Source: Tetramitus jugosus
Lineage: Eukaryota > Protista > Heterolobosea
Assembly: GCA_937625935.1 (NCBI GenBank)
Contig: OW569386.1
Location: 355,932 to 419,931 of the forward strand
Reading direction: 5' to 3'
DNA length: 64,000 bases
Numbering within the stretch: position 1 is the stretch's first letter; each line of letters starts with the position of its first letter. Under the pieces are notes generated by a model. That model was not told the DNA's origin. It was given only the letters and a program-made list of their open reading frames with translations, and ran no database searches. The translations under genes and the position numbers were made by a program. This document shows, one piece after another, positions 1 to 10,392 of the stretch.

Positions 1-294
1 CTCGAATCAAAGTACATTCAACAACTTCGAAGCGCTCAACTATTGTTCGACAATATCAAATCTGAACTGGAAAAGGTCCAATTGTCGACAGAGAAGGCCA
101 AATCCGATCGAGCTATCGCTCTTCAAGACACTGAGAAACTACTGAAGCTGAGTGAGAACCTCAAGGAAAAATTGAAGCTCAAGGAACAGGAATTGAGCTC
201 TGCAAAGCGTGATGCTCAACTTCACCAACAGCACTCTGACGAATTGCAAGAAAAGCTCGTGAAACTCACGAGCGCTTTTCGCTCCATTTCTTAA
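1..294 (+). CDS. 3' end of a coiled-coil protein (5' truncated by the window)
   Basis: Frame is open from base 1 (LESKYIQQLRSAQLLFDNIK...) to TAA at 292-294; heptad-like E/K/L/Q composition. Confidence 0.7.
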   Translation, partial: LESKYIQQLRSAQLLFDNIKSELEKVQLSTEKAKSDRAIALQDTEKLLKLSENLKEKLKLKEQELSSAKRDAQLHQQHSDELQEKLVKLTSAFRSIS

Positions 295-497
295 CGCGGA
301 AAACAGTGATCGGATTTTTTTGGCGCCAAGATTTTTCGGTTCAACCTTTTTCTGGTGAAAAATATTTTATTTTTTGGCCACGAAAGAAAGCAAAAAAACG
401 AACAAAGACGAACCAAGCGCCCTTAAGTCTGCGATCACTCTAATACACAACTAGATCATTGTTGATTGAGACTAATGATATCCGATTCGAGACGATC

Positions 498-3419
498 ATG
501 AAGCCAAACGATTCCAGACAACAGTCAAAAAACCATCATCATCATCACAACCATGGCAAAAATATCTTATTGGAACTATTGAATGACTTTGATTCGGATT
601 CAGAGAATGATGAAGATTTTCAAATGCCAGACGAAGAGATTGAAGAGAAGAGTGAAGATGCTGTGCTCATGAGTGAAGATGAAACAGAAATCAACCAAAC
701 TGATTATGAGCAACAACAACAACAGCAACAATATCAATTAGATGTGGAGCAGCAACAAACTGCAGCATCATACATGGGACATCCGAATTCATACATGTTT
801 ATCGATGCAGCAACTGCGGCCGCTGCACAACAGAGTGCAATGATCAATACGTTTCAGCCTGCATATTATCAGAATGTGTTAGTACCTGGTCCAGATGGAT
901 ATTCCATGGCAACTGTAGTCATACCTACACAAACGACCTTTCCTTTTGCAATGACGACGACTGATACGGCATCTGCTTCGTCACCCATGAATACTACCAG
1001 TGCAGTTGCAGCGGTATCATCATCAGGTACATCATCGTCTTCTTCTTCTTCGGCAATGACTCCTTTGGAGGCAAATGGTGCAGTGTCGAGTTCGCGTGAT
1101 AGCACGACGAAAATTACAACACCTAGTAAGAGAGTGCACTTTGCTCAAACAACATTGAATGATGAGCAAGAAGATGATGATTTTGTGTTCGATAGGCCCA
1201 TTACGTCACAAGAGTTATCCGATTTGTACATTGATTCGTTTTTCACTGCACTCGAAGAAGATGAACAAGAGGATTTTGATTATGCCCCGAATACGGATGT
1301 GCTTCAGAGTAATGATGCTGAAGAATATCGGTTGGATCCTATTCCCTTGAAGGAAGTTGCTTTTCTGTTGCGTGATTCAGGGGGAGATGTCAATGATACG
1401 GAAGGTTCTTCTGTCCGCAGTCCACTCACACCGAAACGTGCCAAAAAGAGAGTGGATCGCTCTCCGTCACCACCACCGCGGCCTCATTACGTTCCAGAAA
1501 CACTGTTCGATGACGCAGATTTGAAACGATTAAAGGAACAGATTGCAACGCATCATCAACTACTGCTGCAGACATATAGTTTGTCCTATTTGGATCAGAT
1601 GTGTGATAGTCAGACTTCAGCCTCTGCAGGAGGAAAACCGAAACCACTGTATGATCATACTGCGAGTGCTTCGATGAACAAGACACAAGCGAGTACAGTG
1701 TCAACGTCCTTGTCTAATGCCACAAAGTCAGACAACGGTAACAACAAAAATAATACTGCATATTTCTCCTCGTTTTTGCACTCTGGAGTCATACCCATGG
1801 TGAATACAGGCAAAACAAATGATGTATTACCAAATGTAAATAATATGATGTTCCAGCAGAGCAATACAAGTCGCAACGATAATCGGAATCAAAACAATCG
1901 ATTCAAGCAAAAGAAGGGGAAAAAGAAGAAGAAGCACCAAAGAGAAGAGAATGGTGAATCATCCAAACTTGTTGATTCTAGGTTAGTTCACGAGAAAGTG
2001 AAATCAATGATACATAGCTTGCACAATCAAGCAAACACGAATCATCGTGTCAAAACCGGATACGAGAAGAGTGTGTGGACATATAGGCATCGATATGACC
2101 GGGCACCAACATCGCCCTCACCCTCGCCTACTTCAGTGCAAACCATTCTGCTGTTAGCGATACCAGCATATCTACAAACTGTCGCCAACTATTTCATTCG
2201 TGCGATTGAAACGTCGGATATTGAGTATTTAAAGGAGAAATTAGGAGAATTATACAACGAGTATAATGTCTTGTGGCCGTATCGAGAGTCACTGCCCAAT
2301 TTTGCAGAAGGATATCCATACAAGGAGAAATCAAAACTAGGAAGACTAAACTTTACGAAACCAGAGGACAAGCTTCTCGTGCTAGGTTTGGAACGGTTTG
2401 GTGTCGGCTCATGGCGCAACATTCGTGACTCACTGCTCCCCACGAAAACAATTGCCCAGCTACAGCATCGATACAAGAATATGAGTGCTGGCAAGGCACC
2501 CATGGAAGACAATCCAATCAAAGAGTTTTACATTAATCGGAAGAAGCCATTAACAGACGAGGAATGGAACAAGATTGATCTGGGTATTCAAAAGTATGGT
2601 TCCAAATCTCAAAAAGCATGGGAGGACCTGACCAAGGAATTCTTTCCATACACTAGGGACGCCACGTTCGTTAGGGATCAATGGCTACAGAAATACGAAC
2701 CAGATAAGTACCGTCAAGAACAAGAGAAGAGAAAGGATGCAGCCAAGAAGAGAAAGAGATCAGACAGCGACATTGAAGGTAGAATCACTCCTGTGCAGCC
2801 CCAACCTGGCAGCAGCTATCACCAGGTGAGCGAAAGCGCTATCAATGGATCCTCTTCACATCACCACCCACTCAGTCAACCCATGCCCACGGAAGAAGAA
2901 CAAATACCGAATGACATACTGATGATGTCCCTGCCTTCTCTGCCTTCACTCCCCGGTCTACCAAACGGTGACTCCTTGTTGGCTCTCACTTCCAATTCGG
3001 CTCACAAAATGATGCCTGCTCAGTCCACTGATTCCAAACAGGAGGAACAGCAACAGTCACCACAGCAGCAACACCAACAACAACAACAAGAGATAGTTTG
3101 GGAAGTGGAGGAGTTGTCTGATCAGGATGACGATGATGATGCTAGCATGGGACATGAGATGACTGACAACAGGAACAGCAACACTGGTCATCACTATCAA
3201 GACAATATACCTGATAATGTCATGGTGATCAATGGTCAAAAAGTGACGTGGACACTGGAGGATGATCGTAAGATTCTGACAGCGTCTCTCAAGCACCAGG
3301 GAGGCAAAGAGAAGATATGGCACGAATTGGTGGAACAGAGAGTGATCGCGAACAAGGATGTGAACATGATCACCAAACGATACGAATGGCTCATTAAGCG
3401 GTTGCAGTGCAACTTGTAA
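498..3419 (+). CDS. GON4L: GON-4-like / DUO3-like Myb/SANT transcriptional regulator
   Basis: Motifs LKEQIATHHQLLLQ, FTKPEDKLLVLGLERFG...LLPTKTIAQLQHRYKN...DNPIK, a second Myb repeat LTDEEWNKIDLGIQKYG, and C-terminal SANT WTLEDDRKIL match the GON4L/DUO3 layout. First ATG is 498; the ORF track starts at TTG 459. Confidence 0.75.
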   Translation: MKPNDSRQQSKNHHHHHNHGKNILLELLNDFDSDSENDEDFQMPDEEIEEKSEDAVLMSEDETEINQTDYEQQQQQQQYQLDVEQQQTAASYMGHPNSYMFIDAATAAAAQQSAMINTFQPAYYQNVLVPGPDGYSMATVVIPTQTTFPFAMTTTDTASASSPMNTTSAVAAVSSSGTSSSSSSSAMTPLEANGAVSSSRDSTTKITTPSKRVHFAQTTLNDEQEDDDFVFDRPITSQELSDLYIDSFFTALEEDEQEDFDYAPNTDVLQSNDAEEYRLDPIPLKEVAFLLRDSGGDVNDTEGSSVRSPLTPKRAKKRVDRSPSPPPRPHYVPETLFDDADLKRLKEQIATHHQLLLQTYSLSYLDQMCDSQTSASAGGKPKPLYDHTASASMNKTQASTVSTSLSNATKSDNGNNKNNTAYFSSFLHSGVIPMVNTGKTNDVLPNVNNMMFQQSNTSRNDNRNQNNRFKQKKGKKKKKHQREENGESSKLVDSRLVHEKVKSMIHSLHNQANTNHRVKTGYEKSVWTYRHRYDRAPTSPSPSPTSVQTILLLAIPAYLQTVANYFIRAIETSDIEYLKEKLGELYNEYNVLWPYRESLPNFAEGYPYKEKSKLGRLNFTKPEDKLLVLGLERFGVGSWRNIRDSLLPTKTIAQLQHRYKNMSAGKAPMEDNPIKEFYINRKKPLTDEEWNKIDLGIQKYGSKSQKAWEDLTKEFFPYTRDATFVRDQWLQKYEPDKYRQEQEKRKDAAKKRKRSDSDIEGRITPVQPQPGSSYHQVSESAINGSSSHHHPLSQPMPTEEEQIPNDILMMSLPSLPSLPGLPNGDSLLALTSNSAHKMMPAQSTDSKQEEQQQSPQQQHQQQQQEIVWEVEELSDQDDDDDASMGHEMTDNRNSNTGHHYQDNIPDNVMVINGQKVTWTLEDDRKILTASLKHQGGKEKIWHELVEQRVIANKDVNMITKRYEWLIKRLQCNL

Positions 3420-3515
3420 AAATTTTAGGCATATTTTTATGGTGTGCTCCATTGGAGAGTGTGTATGGTGATACATTTTGATCTTTTTATATTACAATGA
3501 CTTCTCGTGATCGCA

Positions 3516-3779
3516 TTAAGCAGCCATGTTATCTGGTGTAGACGTGGATCTCTGAGTTCTCGAATCACCAACAAACTCCTTGTCTATTGCTGGAATATCA
3601 CCTCCCTTGGTGGTGGGAACATTCTCGTCCAGTTCATTGTACGTTCCACCGTGAAGATCAGGATCAATGATTCGATCGTTCAAGTTGTACTTGAGTTTTG
3701 CTTCTTGTAACAGTTCTGTTGCCTTGTTGTGTCTACTGGGATGAGAAGTCTCATCCATTTTGTTGTCCGGTTCAACCAT
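3516..3779 (-). CDS. Small hypothetical hydrophilic protein (~87 aa)
   Basis: ATG at 3779 after an A/C-rich leader; protein-like composition; fills the gap between neighbouring genes. Confidence 0.55.
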   Translation of the reverse strand: MVEPDNKMDETSHPSRHNKATELLQEAKLKYNLNDRIIDPDLHGGTYNELDENVPTTKGGDIPAIDKEFVGDSRTQRSTSTPDNMAA

Positions 3780-4016
3780 GGTCTTTAATTTTGTCGTTTG
3801 TGTTCTTTTTGTTACCACTTCGTTTGTAATCGTATTGTATCCGATGTGATCCTTGTGTGGGATGATTTTATTGTTGTATTAATACCATGAAACTAAATCA
3901 ATCTAATTTGAGAACAACCGAGAGTTTACAGTTCGACCAAGGAAGGAATTCTTCCGCCACCAGAACTAATTCAGCGAACTTCTCCGTTTTCGAAACAAAG
4001 AAAAACGAGTTCGAAG

Positions 4017-4991
4017 ATGGATAAGCATCAATTTGATGTTGACCAGGAACTGAATCTGGCTGATGATGCAAAAGAAGAATACTTGACACTCAATATTTAC
4101 GAGTTGTTGTCATGTGATCTCCAAATGTACATGTTAACATTCTTGTCCATTCCTGATCTGTACTCTGTTGCGTTGAGTAACTCACATGGTGCATTCTTGG
4201 TGCTGAGTTCTGAAGCTGATGAATATGTTTGGAAATCGATGGCTGGTCACCTCGGTATCCACATGGCTGTTGACAATAATGGACAAATGTTGATTCGAGA
4301 TGTGTCACTACCAACAGGTGAAAGCTTGGTTGAGGATAGCAATTGTCCACCACCAGAAACAACCACCAAGTGGAGAACCTTGGTTTATTCAAACATGATC
4401 AAGTGGGATCCAGAGACAAGAACACCAGACTCTACGCTTGTTATGCACAATAACAATAAGACCATATCATGTGAACGTCCTTCCGGGTGGCAAACGATTC
4501 GAGCCACCAAAATTCTAAAGATGGGAATGGTTCACTGTTGGGAATACGTTTTAGAAGATCACGATAATGGAGATTACAATTTGTATCGAATGTTCGTAGG
4601 TATTGAGAAAAGTACTTCCGCATTTACTGAAGAAGGAGCCAATAAGATTATAGGATACAGCAGCGAAGGGATTGGCTACAATATTGGTGAACATTCCATT
4701 CACAGAGAAAAGACAACTCACACTGGAGAAAAATCTATTCTGCACAAGAAGCAGTTCAATTTCAGCACAGGTGACACGATTGCAATCAAGCTCGATTTAC
4801 TCTCAGAGACTGCTGCCATGCATCTCTTCAAGAACAATGAATACTTTCACACGATTACAGACATTCCCACCCAAGGAATCGAATACTATCCTGCTATTTC
4901 AATCATCGGACGTCATCGAGTTCACATTCGAACCAAACATTCATCCAATCTCAAGGTATCAACAACAAGAATTGACGAAGAGAGTGTGTAG
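4017..4991 (+). CDS. F-box + SPRY domain protein
   Basis: F-box LLSCDLQMYMLTFLSIPDLYSVALSN...VWK; SPRY motifs GMVHCWEY, MFVGI, FSTGDTIAIKLDL, HLFKNN, YYPAISI. Confidence 0.85.
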   Translation: MDKHQFDVDQELNLADDAKEEYLTLNIYELLSCDLQMYMLTFLSIPDLYSVALSNSHGAFLVLSSEADEYVWKSMAGHLGIHMAVDNNGQMLIRDVSLPTGESLVEDSNCPPPETTTKWRTLVYSNMIKWDPETRTPDSTLVMHNNNKTISCERPSGWQTIRATKILKMGMVHCWEYVLEDHDNGDYNLYRMFVGIEKSTSAFTEEGANKIIGYSSEGIGYNIGEHSIHREKTTHTGEKSILHKKQFNFSTGDTIAIKLDLLSETAAMHLFKNNEYFHTITDIPTQGIEYYPAISIIGRHRVHIRTKHSSNLKVSTTRIDEESV

Positions 4992-5047
4992 ACGAAATGA
5001 TGAGTCTCAATCCAGTTAAGAGCTGCTAGTCACGAAAGCTCAAATAT

Positions 5048-6212
5048 TTATTTACCACCAAGCACCTTTGGGAGCACCCCGCCCAACACTCCTCCAGTTA
5101 TCAGTACTACCAGAGCAATCAAGGCAGCGATCACACCAACAACAACCAAGAATGTGCAAGAACAAGCCCTGGTCTTTGACGCCATTTTTCGGGCACTCTT
5201 CAGATTACTGATTCCCGACTCCACATATGATATACTCCTCTCAACGTTGTGCTCTATATTGTCCAATAAATCACCTTGCATCTGTAAAAGTGCGTGCATA
5301 TCCTGAAACATTTCGTGAAGCTCCTCCATGGATTCTTCCAATCTGACCAAGTCATCATGTGTTTCCTTAATTTGATTATAAGTCGCCTTTATCGTGTGAC
5401 CATCAGCTGCATCCAACCTCTGAGAAAACACTGTTTCGAGTTGAATTTCGCCCTTGTCCACCTTTTCTTTAATCTCCTTCTCGCTCATTTCATCTCCCAC
5501 GGCTACCTTAACTAACCGCACCAAATTATTCTTGTAGCTCTCTTTGTGATCCACCTGTACATCATTGTATACGGTCATTGCTGAAAAGAATTCCTCTGTT
5601 AGTGATGCATGCTGGTTCTGTCGAATTCGTACCTCAGAACTATTCTTCTTCTCGGAATTTAGCTTCTTATTGTCTTCTCCCATCTTGTTCAGAGCCTTCT
5701 TCGTCTCTGATAGATCGCTCTGCAATCGATCTTCTATTTCTTTGGCATCCTGTTTCATTTCTATTCATTGAATATGTCACACACATGCTATTCGAAAAAC
5801 AACCCATATCAACAAACAGTAGTCACTTACGCTTGGATTTCTTATCACTCTGAGTCGATGATTCCATCTTTTTATATTGCTTTCTTAACAGCTCAGTGTT
5901 CGTCTCTATCCGCTCAATCAACTCCTTTACTTTGCCTACTTCAGAGTAGAAAGCATCGAGGAACATGGAGTCTTCAGGTATGAGTTTTCCATTGTTGTAC
6001 CCTCCACTTTGATTCTCCAGGTCTTGATTCATGATATCATCGAATTCAATCTGATCTAAATCATCATTCTCATATTGGCCTTTGCGCTACATTCAACAAG
6101 TAGTCAGTCAAATGATGTTAGGAATTAAGTGCTTTTAGAACTCCTCATATGAACTGGAAAACGATTACCAATGAACAGCACATACGCTCAAATCTTTCAT
6201 ACGGTCCTTCAT
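5048..6212 (-). CDS. Plasma-membrane-type syntaxin (Qa-SNARE), 3 exons
   Basis: N-peptide MKDRMKDLS, Habc helices, SNARE motif HDDLVRLEESMEELHEMFQDMHALLQMQGDLLDNIEHNV, C-terminal TM. GT-AG introns at 6185-6087 and 5830-5761 join the exons in frame. Confidence 0.92.
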
Positions 6213-6410
6213 TTCTAGATATTCAGTTCACTATTTGCTTCTGTAGCACTCACACGTTTTTAGATGAAGTTCGGGCCATCGAAATTTTTCCAAGAATGAA
6301 AATATCAAAACAATTGTAGATGAATAAACGGGCGCGCGGATTTCTCAAGAGATTCGAGGGTGAGTGATCTAGAACTCATGTGTATTTGTTTTAGAAGTTG
6401 CAAAAGTGCT

Positions 6411-9024
6411 TCAGAAGAAATCATCCACAGTGTAGGCAGCGTTTGTGCGTGGTGCATGACCATTCTTTGGTGTCTCATCGAATTGAGCCACAAATGTGTG
6501 ATCGTCCACTGGTTGTTGAGGTACGGTGGGACTTTCAACCTTTTTGCTTCTATCCAATGCCCTAGGATTAAATCCTCCACCACTGGAGCTCACAGGTTTC
6601 GTTGGCGCTGGCTTTTGGGGTGGCTGCCATTTTGGTTGTGTCTGGGTTTGCTGCTGCGGTTGTGGTTGGACGGGTGTCCTCATGGGTTGCTGCTGTTGCT
6701 GTTGTGGTGCTTGCTGTCGAGAAACAAATTGTTGTGCTTGCTGCTGTTGCTGCTGTTGCTGTTGTTGCCTAAATTGTGATAATTGCTGCTGTTGAACAAC
6801 CTCGGATGGTTTTTGAGGCAGAATAACCTTACCCGTGGACAGTCTCTGATTCACAAGCACAGCAGCTTCTGAATTCACATATGAAGAGGAAGAAATAGGC
6901 TCAGATCCAGAAGATCTCTTACCGAACGCACTGTCAATCGATGTAGTCGTAACAGTTCTATGATCAGATTTCGTCAGCTCCATTGCTCCAAAGGATGTTC
7001 TCAATTGTTGCACTTTGGAAGTGCTGATTGTTGCTGATGCAGAACTTGTCTTTCGTGTTGGTTGAAACACCGATGAGGTAATGGAAGCATCATACGTTGC
7101 TGCTGATGGAACCACAGTTGTCGTTGTTGTCGGAGACGATGGCATAATAATTGGAGAATTAGAACCACTGCTGCGAGAGCTGCTTGTGCTATTGCGGTTG
7201 TTCGAACTTGTGTCATCAAACGGACTCTCATCATCCAAATCAATCAACTTTCCATTGCTCGTATTCCTCTTCTGTGCCAACAAGTGCTTGGGCACGGGTG
7301 GAGGAGCGGCCGACGACGTTGCAGAAGTAATTTTCGCTGGTCCGGACTGTGAGTATGACACATTGAAGGAAGCAAACACTGGCTTGTGATCACTGAACCT
7401 AGACTCTGAACGATTGTACACTTGTTGCACGCACTTTAAATTCTCATACTCTACATTGCGATAAAAGACACGATCGGTCCAACTTGGTATTCTGTCCTTC
7501 TTCTTCTTGACTGTGCCCAAGATGATTTTGCTCGTCGATTTCACTTTTCCAATCTTTTCTGCGTTTCGTTCGCTGTCGTACACATCGGAGCCTGTAATGT
7601 ACTTGTACGTGGGCGCAAAATTAATATCACCTTCCACGAATCCTAACTTGTGCAACTGTAAATGATCCTTCTTCAACTCTGTGGACAATTGATCAAATTT
7701 GAGCAGGAATTTGAGTCGTCCATCTTCAATCTTTTGCTGAATTTCAGCCGTGTTCCAATTGCCTACACTATTATCAATACGATAATTGAAATCTCCAAAC
7801 ACAAATGTGAGTGGATGATCAGAGACAGCTATGGCATGACCAGTGTACGGATTCACAAATCGTGTCGTACTCAATATACTGTTCAAATTGTTGTTTCGCG
7901 CCACAATATTTTTCTGATGAGCCGCCAAATGACAATTGATAAAGCACAGGCCTAGATCATGAAGATCGAAACGAACAGCGATCGATCCCTTGTTGCCCAA
8001 CACACCGGACAAACCTTCGCGAATAATACAGTTTTTCACATTGTCAATGGATGGAACGAGCTTTCTCTTGACAAACACAACGAGGCACAGACCAACGAGT
8101 TGATGAATACACAGCATTGTATATTCTTCCTTTTGCTTGGAGAAGACTGTTTTGAGTGTGTGTTCCCACTTTAGCTTTTGATCCGTTTGTTCCGTTACGA
8201 GAGCTTTACCAGTCATTTCCACTTCCTAAAAGCAATCAACATACACATACACACACATACATGATTGTTAGCTATTGACAACTACAAAAAAAATGAACGA
8301 CAACAACATGATATCATTCATCACAATAAAACATGAAACCAACAAAAAAAAAATATGAACGACGACTCAAACAAGAAAAAAGAAAAAGCAAACGTACTTG
8401 AAATCCAATAGCATACACATCAGCACACCTCTGATCCAACAATAACCACCTTTCAATATCACTAACAAGTGAATTCTTTGCTCTATATTCTTGTTCTTCC
8501 AATCTCAACGTTTCATTCATGGCCAACACATCTTTGAATTTATTCTGTTGTGGTTGTTGTGATTGTTGACTTGTCATGACCACATCACCATTACTATTGT
8601 TAGTATCATTATCATCACTATCACTATCACTACTCATATCATGATTGTTAGTACTATTATTGATATAGTTGTTATTATTGTTGTTGTTGTTGTTCATATC
8701 AAAGTCACTTCCATCAACTGTATATTCTGTTGTAGTTGTTGATGATAGATCATCTGTTGAAAAATCAAGTTGTGAATCAAAATTGTTATAGTTGGCAGTA
8801 GAGTATCTCTTTCTATAAAAATCACTTGAGCTATTATAGCTTGAACTACTACTACTATAGCTACTATAGCTACTGTAGCTACTATTATTATTGTTGTTGT
8901 TGTTGATGGTGTTGTTGTAAGCAGAGAGATGAGTTTGATGAACAATTGTTTTTCGAACTTCTTCTACTGGTTCTTGTGAATTGACATTCCATGTACCTAC
9001 GATAATGTCCAACTGGAATGACAT
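6411..9024 (-). CDS. Inositol polyphosphate 5-phosphatase (synaptojanin/OCRL-type catalytic domain) with low-complexity tail, 2 exons
   Basis: GTWNV, DVYAIGFQ|EV, GNKG, NCHLAAH, GDFNYR, PTYKY, PSWTDRV, SDHKPV; a phase-0 intron at 8397-8226 joins GFQ to EVE. Confidence 0.93.
8555..8925. repeat. Coding trinucleotide low-complexity tracts (poly-Asn/Ser/Asp)
   Basis: (TTG)n/(TTA)n/(CTA)n runs on the + strand encode N/S runs in the 5-phosphatase. Confidence 0.8.
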
Positions 9025-9613
9025 GATGACTTACTTTGATAAGTTATGATGATGAGTTTTTTTTTTTGTGGTTGTTGTTGTTGGTGGTGTGATTTTGAGT
9101 GGCCGAACTTGGTTGTGGGGAGAAATTTTTTTGGGGTGACCGTCTGTCCCAATTCAAATGAACTTCTTGTTGTGAAGGGAAGAGAGAGAAGCTCTGTGTG
9201 TAGATGCTATGATATTGCTTTTTTATTTTTTTGTTTTGTTGATGATGTTGGATAAGTGTTGGTTTGGAATAGTCACTTGTCAGGAACGGAAGACAGAATC
9301 CAATGTCTTCACGCTTGACAAAAAAAGAGTTGATGAATCCGCCAATCTATCAATGACAGGAGTTTGTTCTGATGAAAACGAAATCCAAAAACAAGCCAAA
9401 AACTACACCCTATTTATTTGGATTTGTTTGTCCTAATGGGATGATGATGTCTCTTGGATATTTGGCTCCTTCGCGTTCGAAGCAAGGCCTTGTTTGGAAA
9501 CGCGCTCAAGCAAAGTGACGTGTACGCAAAAACATCGGCGCATTGTCAATGCTCCTTCACACGCAACAGTAAGATTTGAATCAGTAGTCGTCGACGTTGG
9601 TTGACTTTTTGTC

Positions 9614-10192
9614 TCAACGATTCTTGTTGTCTTCTTCTCTGCGCTTCTGTGGGTTCATAACAGGAGAGCGACCACCACCGTCAAACATTTGATGAAAGCT
9701 ATCGAGGTCCAACTCATTCCATTGAGTTGAACCAGTCGTAGCATTGGCTTGTCTTGTTCGACGCATGGCTGCAGCTTCGGCTTCATCGTCCTCATCTTCA
9801 TTGAAATCAAACCGACTCAAGCTCGCATACAACACACTTTCATTGTCAATCGTAGAATTGTTCATATTTGCCCGATTTCCGCCGTTTGCGCCGCCCGTAG
9901 AGCCACCACCCGAGGAATTGGCGCGAACATTGCCAGTTTCGTCATCAAAGTCGATGAATCCTTCAAACTCGTAGGAAAATGTGCCATGGCCACTGGTGCC
10001 CAACAGAGCAATTCTCTGGACAATTTCATTGGTGCATCCAGGCAAAGACAATTGAACTTCTCTCAGAGATGATTGAAGCAAGCCATTAATATCCACTTGA
10101 TCATCAATCAGTCTCTCACTGATCCACTCACCGTCAACAATGTCAATCAAGTCATCCATGGGACACACAGAATGAATATCACTGTCTGACAT
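9614..10192 (-). CDS. ANAPC13: Anaphase-promoting complex subunit 13-like protein
   Basis: N-terminal MSDS...LIDIVDGEWISERLIDDQVDI and C-terminal QWNELDL match the two conserved Apc13 blocks (LDLIDDAWREDKLPYEDV / KWTDLAL). Confidence 0.7.
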   Translation of the reverse strand: MSDSDIHSVCPMDDLIDIVDGEWISERLIDDQVDINGLLQSSLREVQLSLPGCTNEIVQRIALLGTSGHGTFSYEFEGFIDFDDETGNVRANSSGGGSTGGANGGNRANMNNSTIDNESVLYASLSRFDFNEDEDDEAEAAAMRRTRQANATTGSTQWNELDLDSFHQMFDGGGRSPVMNPQKRREEDNKNR

Positions 10193-10392
10193 GTTCCGTC
10201 CTCACAACAATGATTTCTTCCGTCGTATTTGTGTTTTTCTTGTTTTGCGCGCCAGAATGGGATTCTACTCTCCGACTTGAATATCTCCTACTCGGTCTTT
10301 CCTTTGTACAAAAGCACAAATAAAACAAACTCAATGAACACGTCATACAACAACAACAACTACAACAAAGCCACAACAGGAACAACAAGAAG

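Noticed and set aside
6526-6795. Poly-Cys ORF resembling a metallothionein
   Set aside because: Antisense reading of the poly-Gln tract of the 5-phosphatase.
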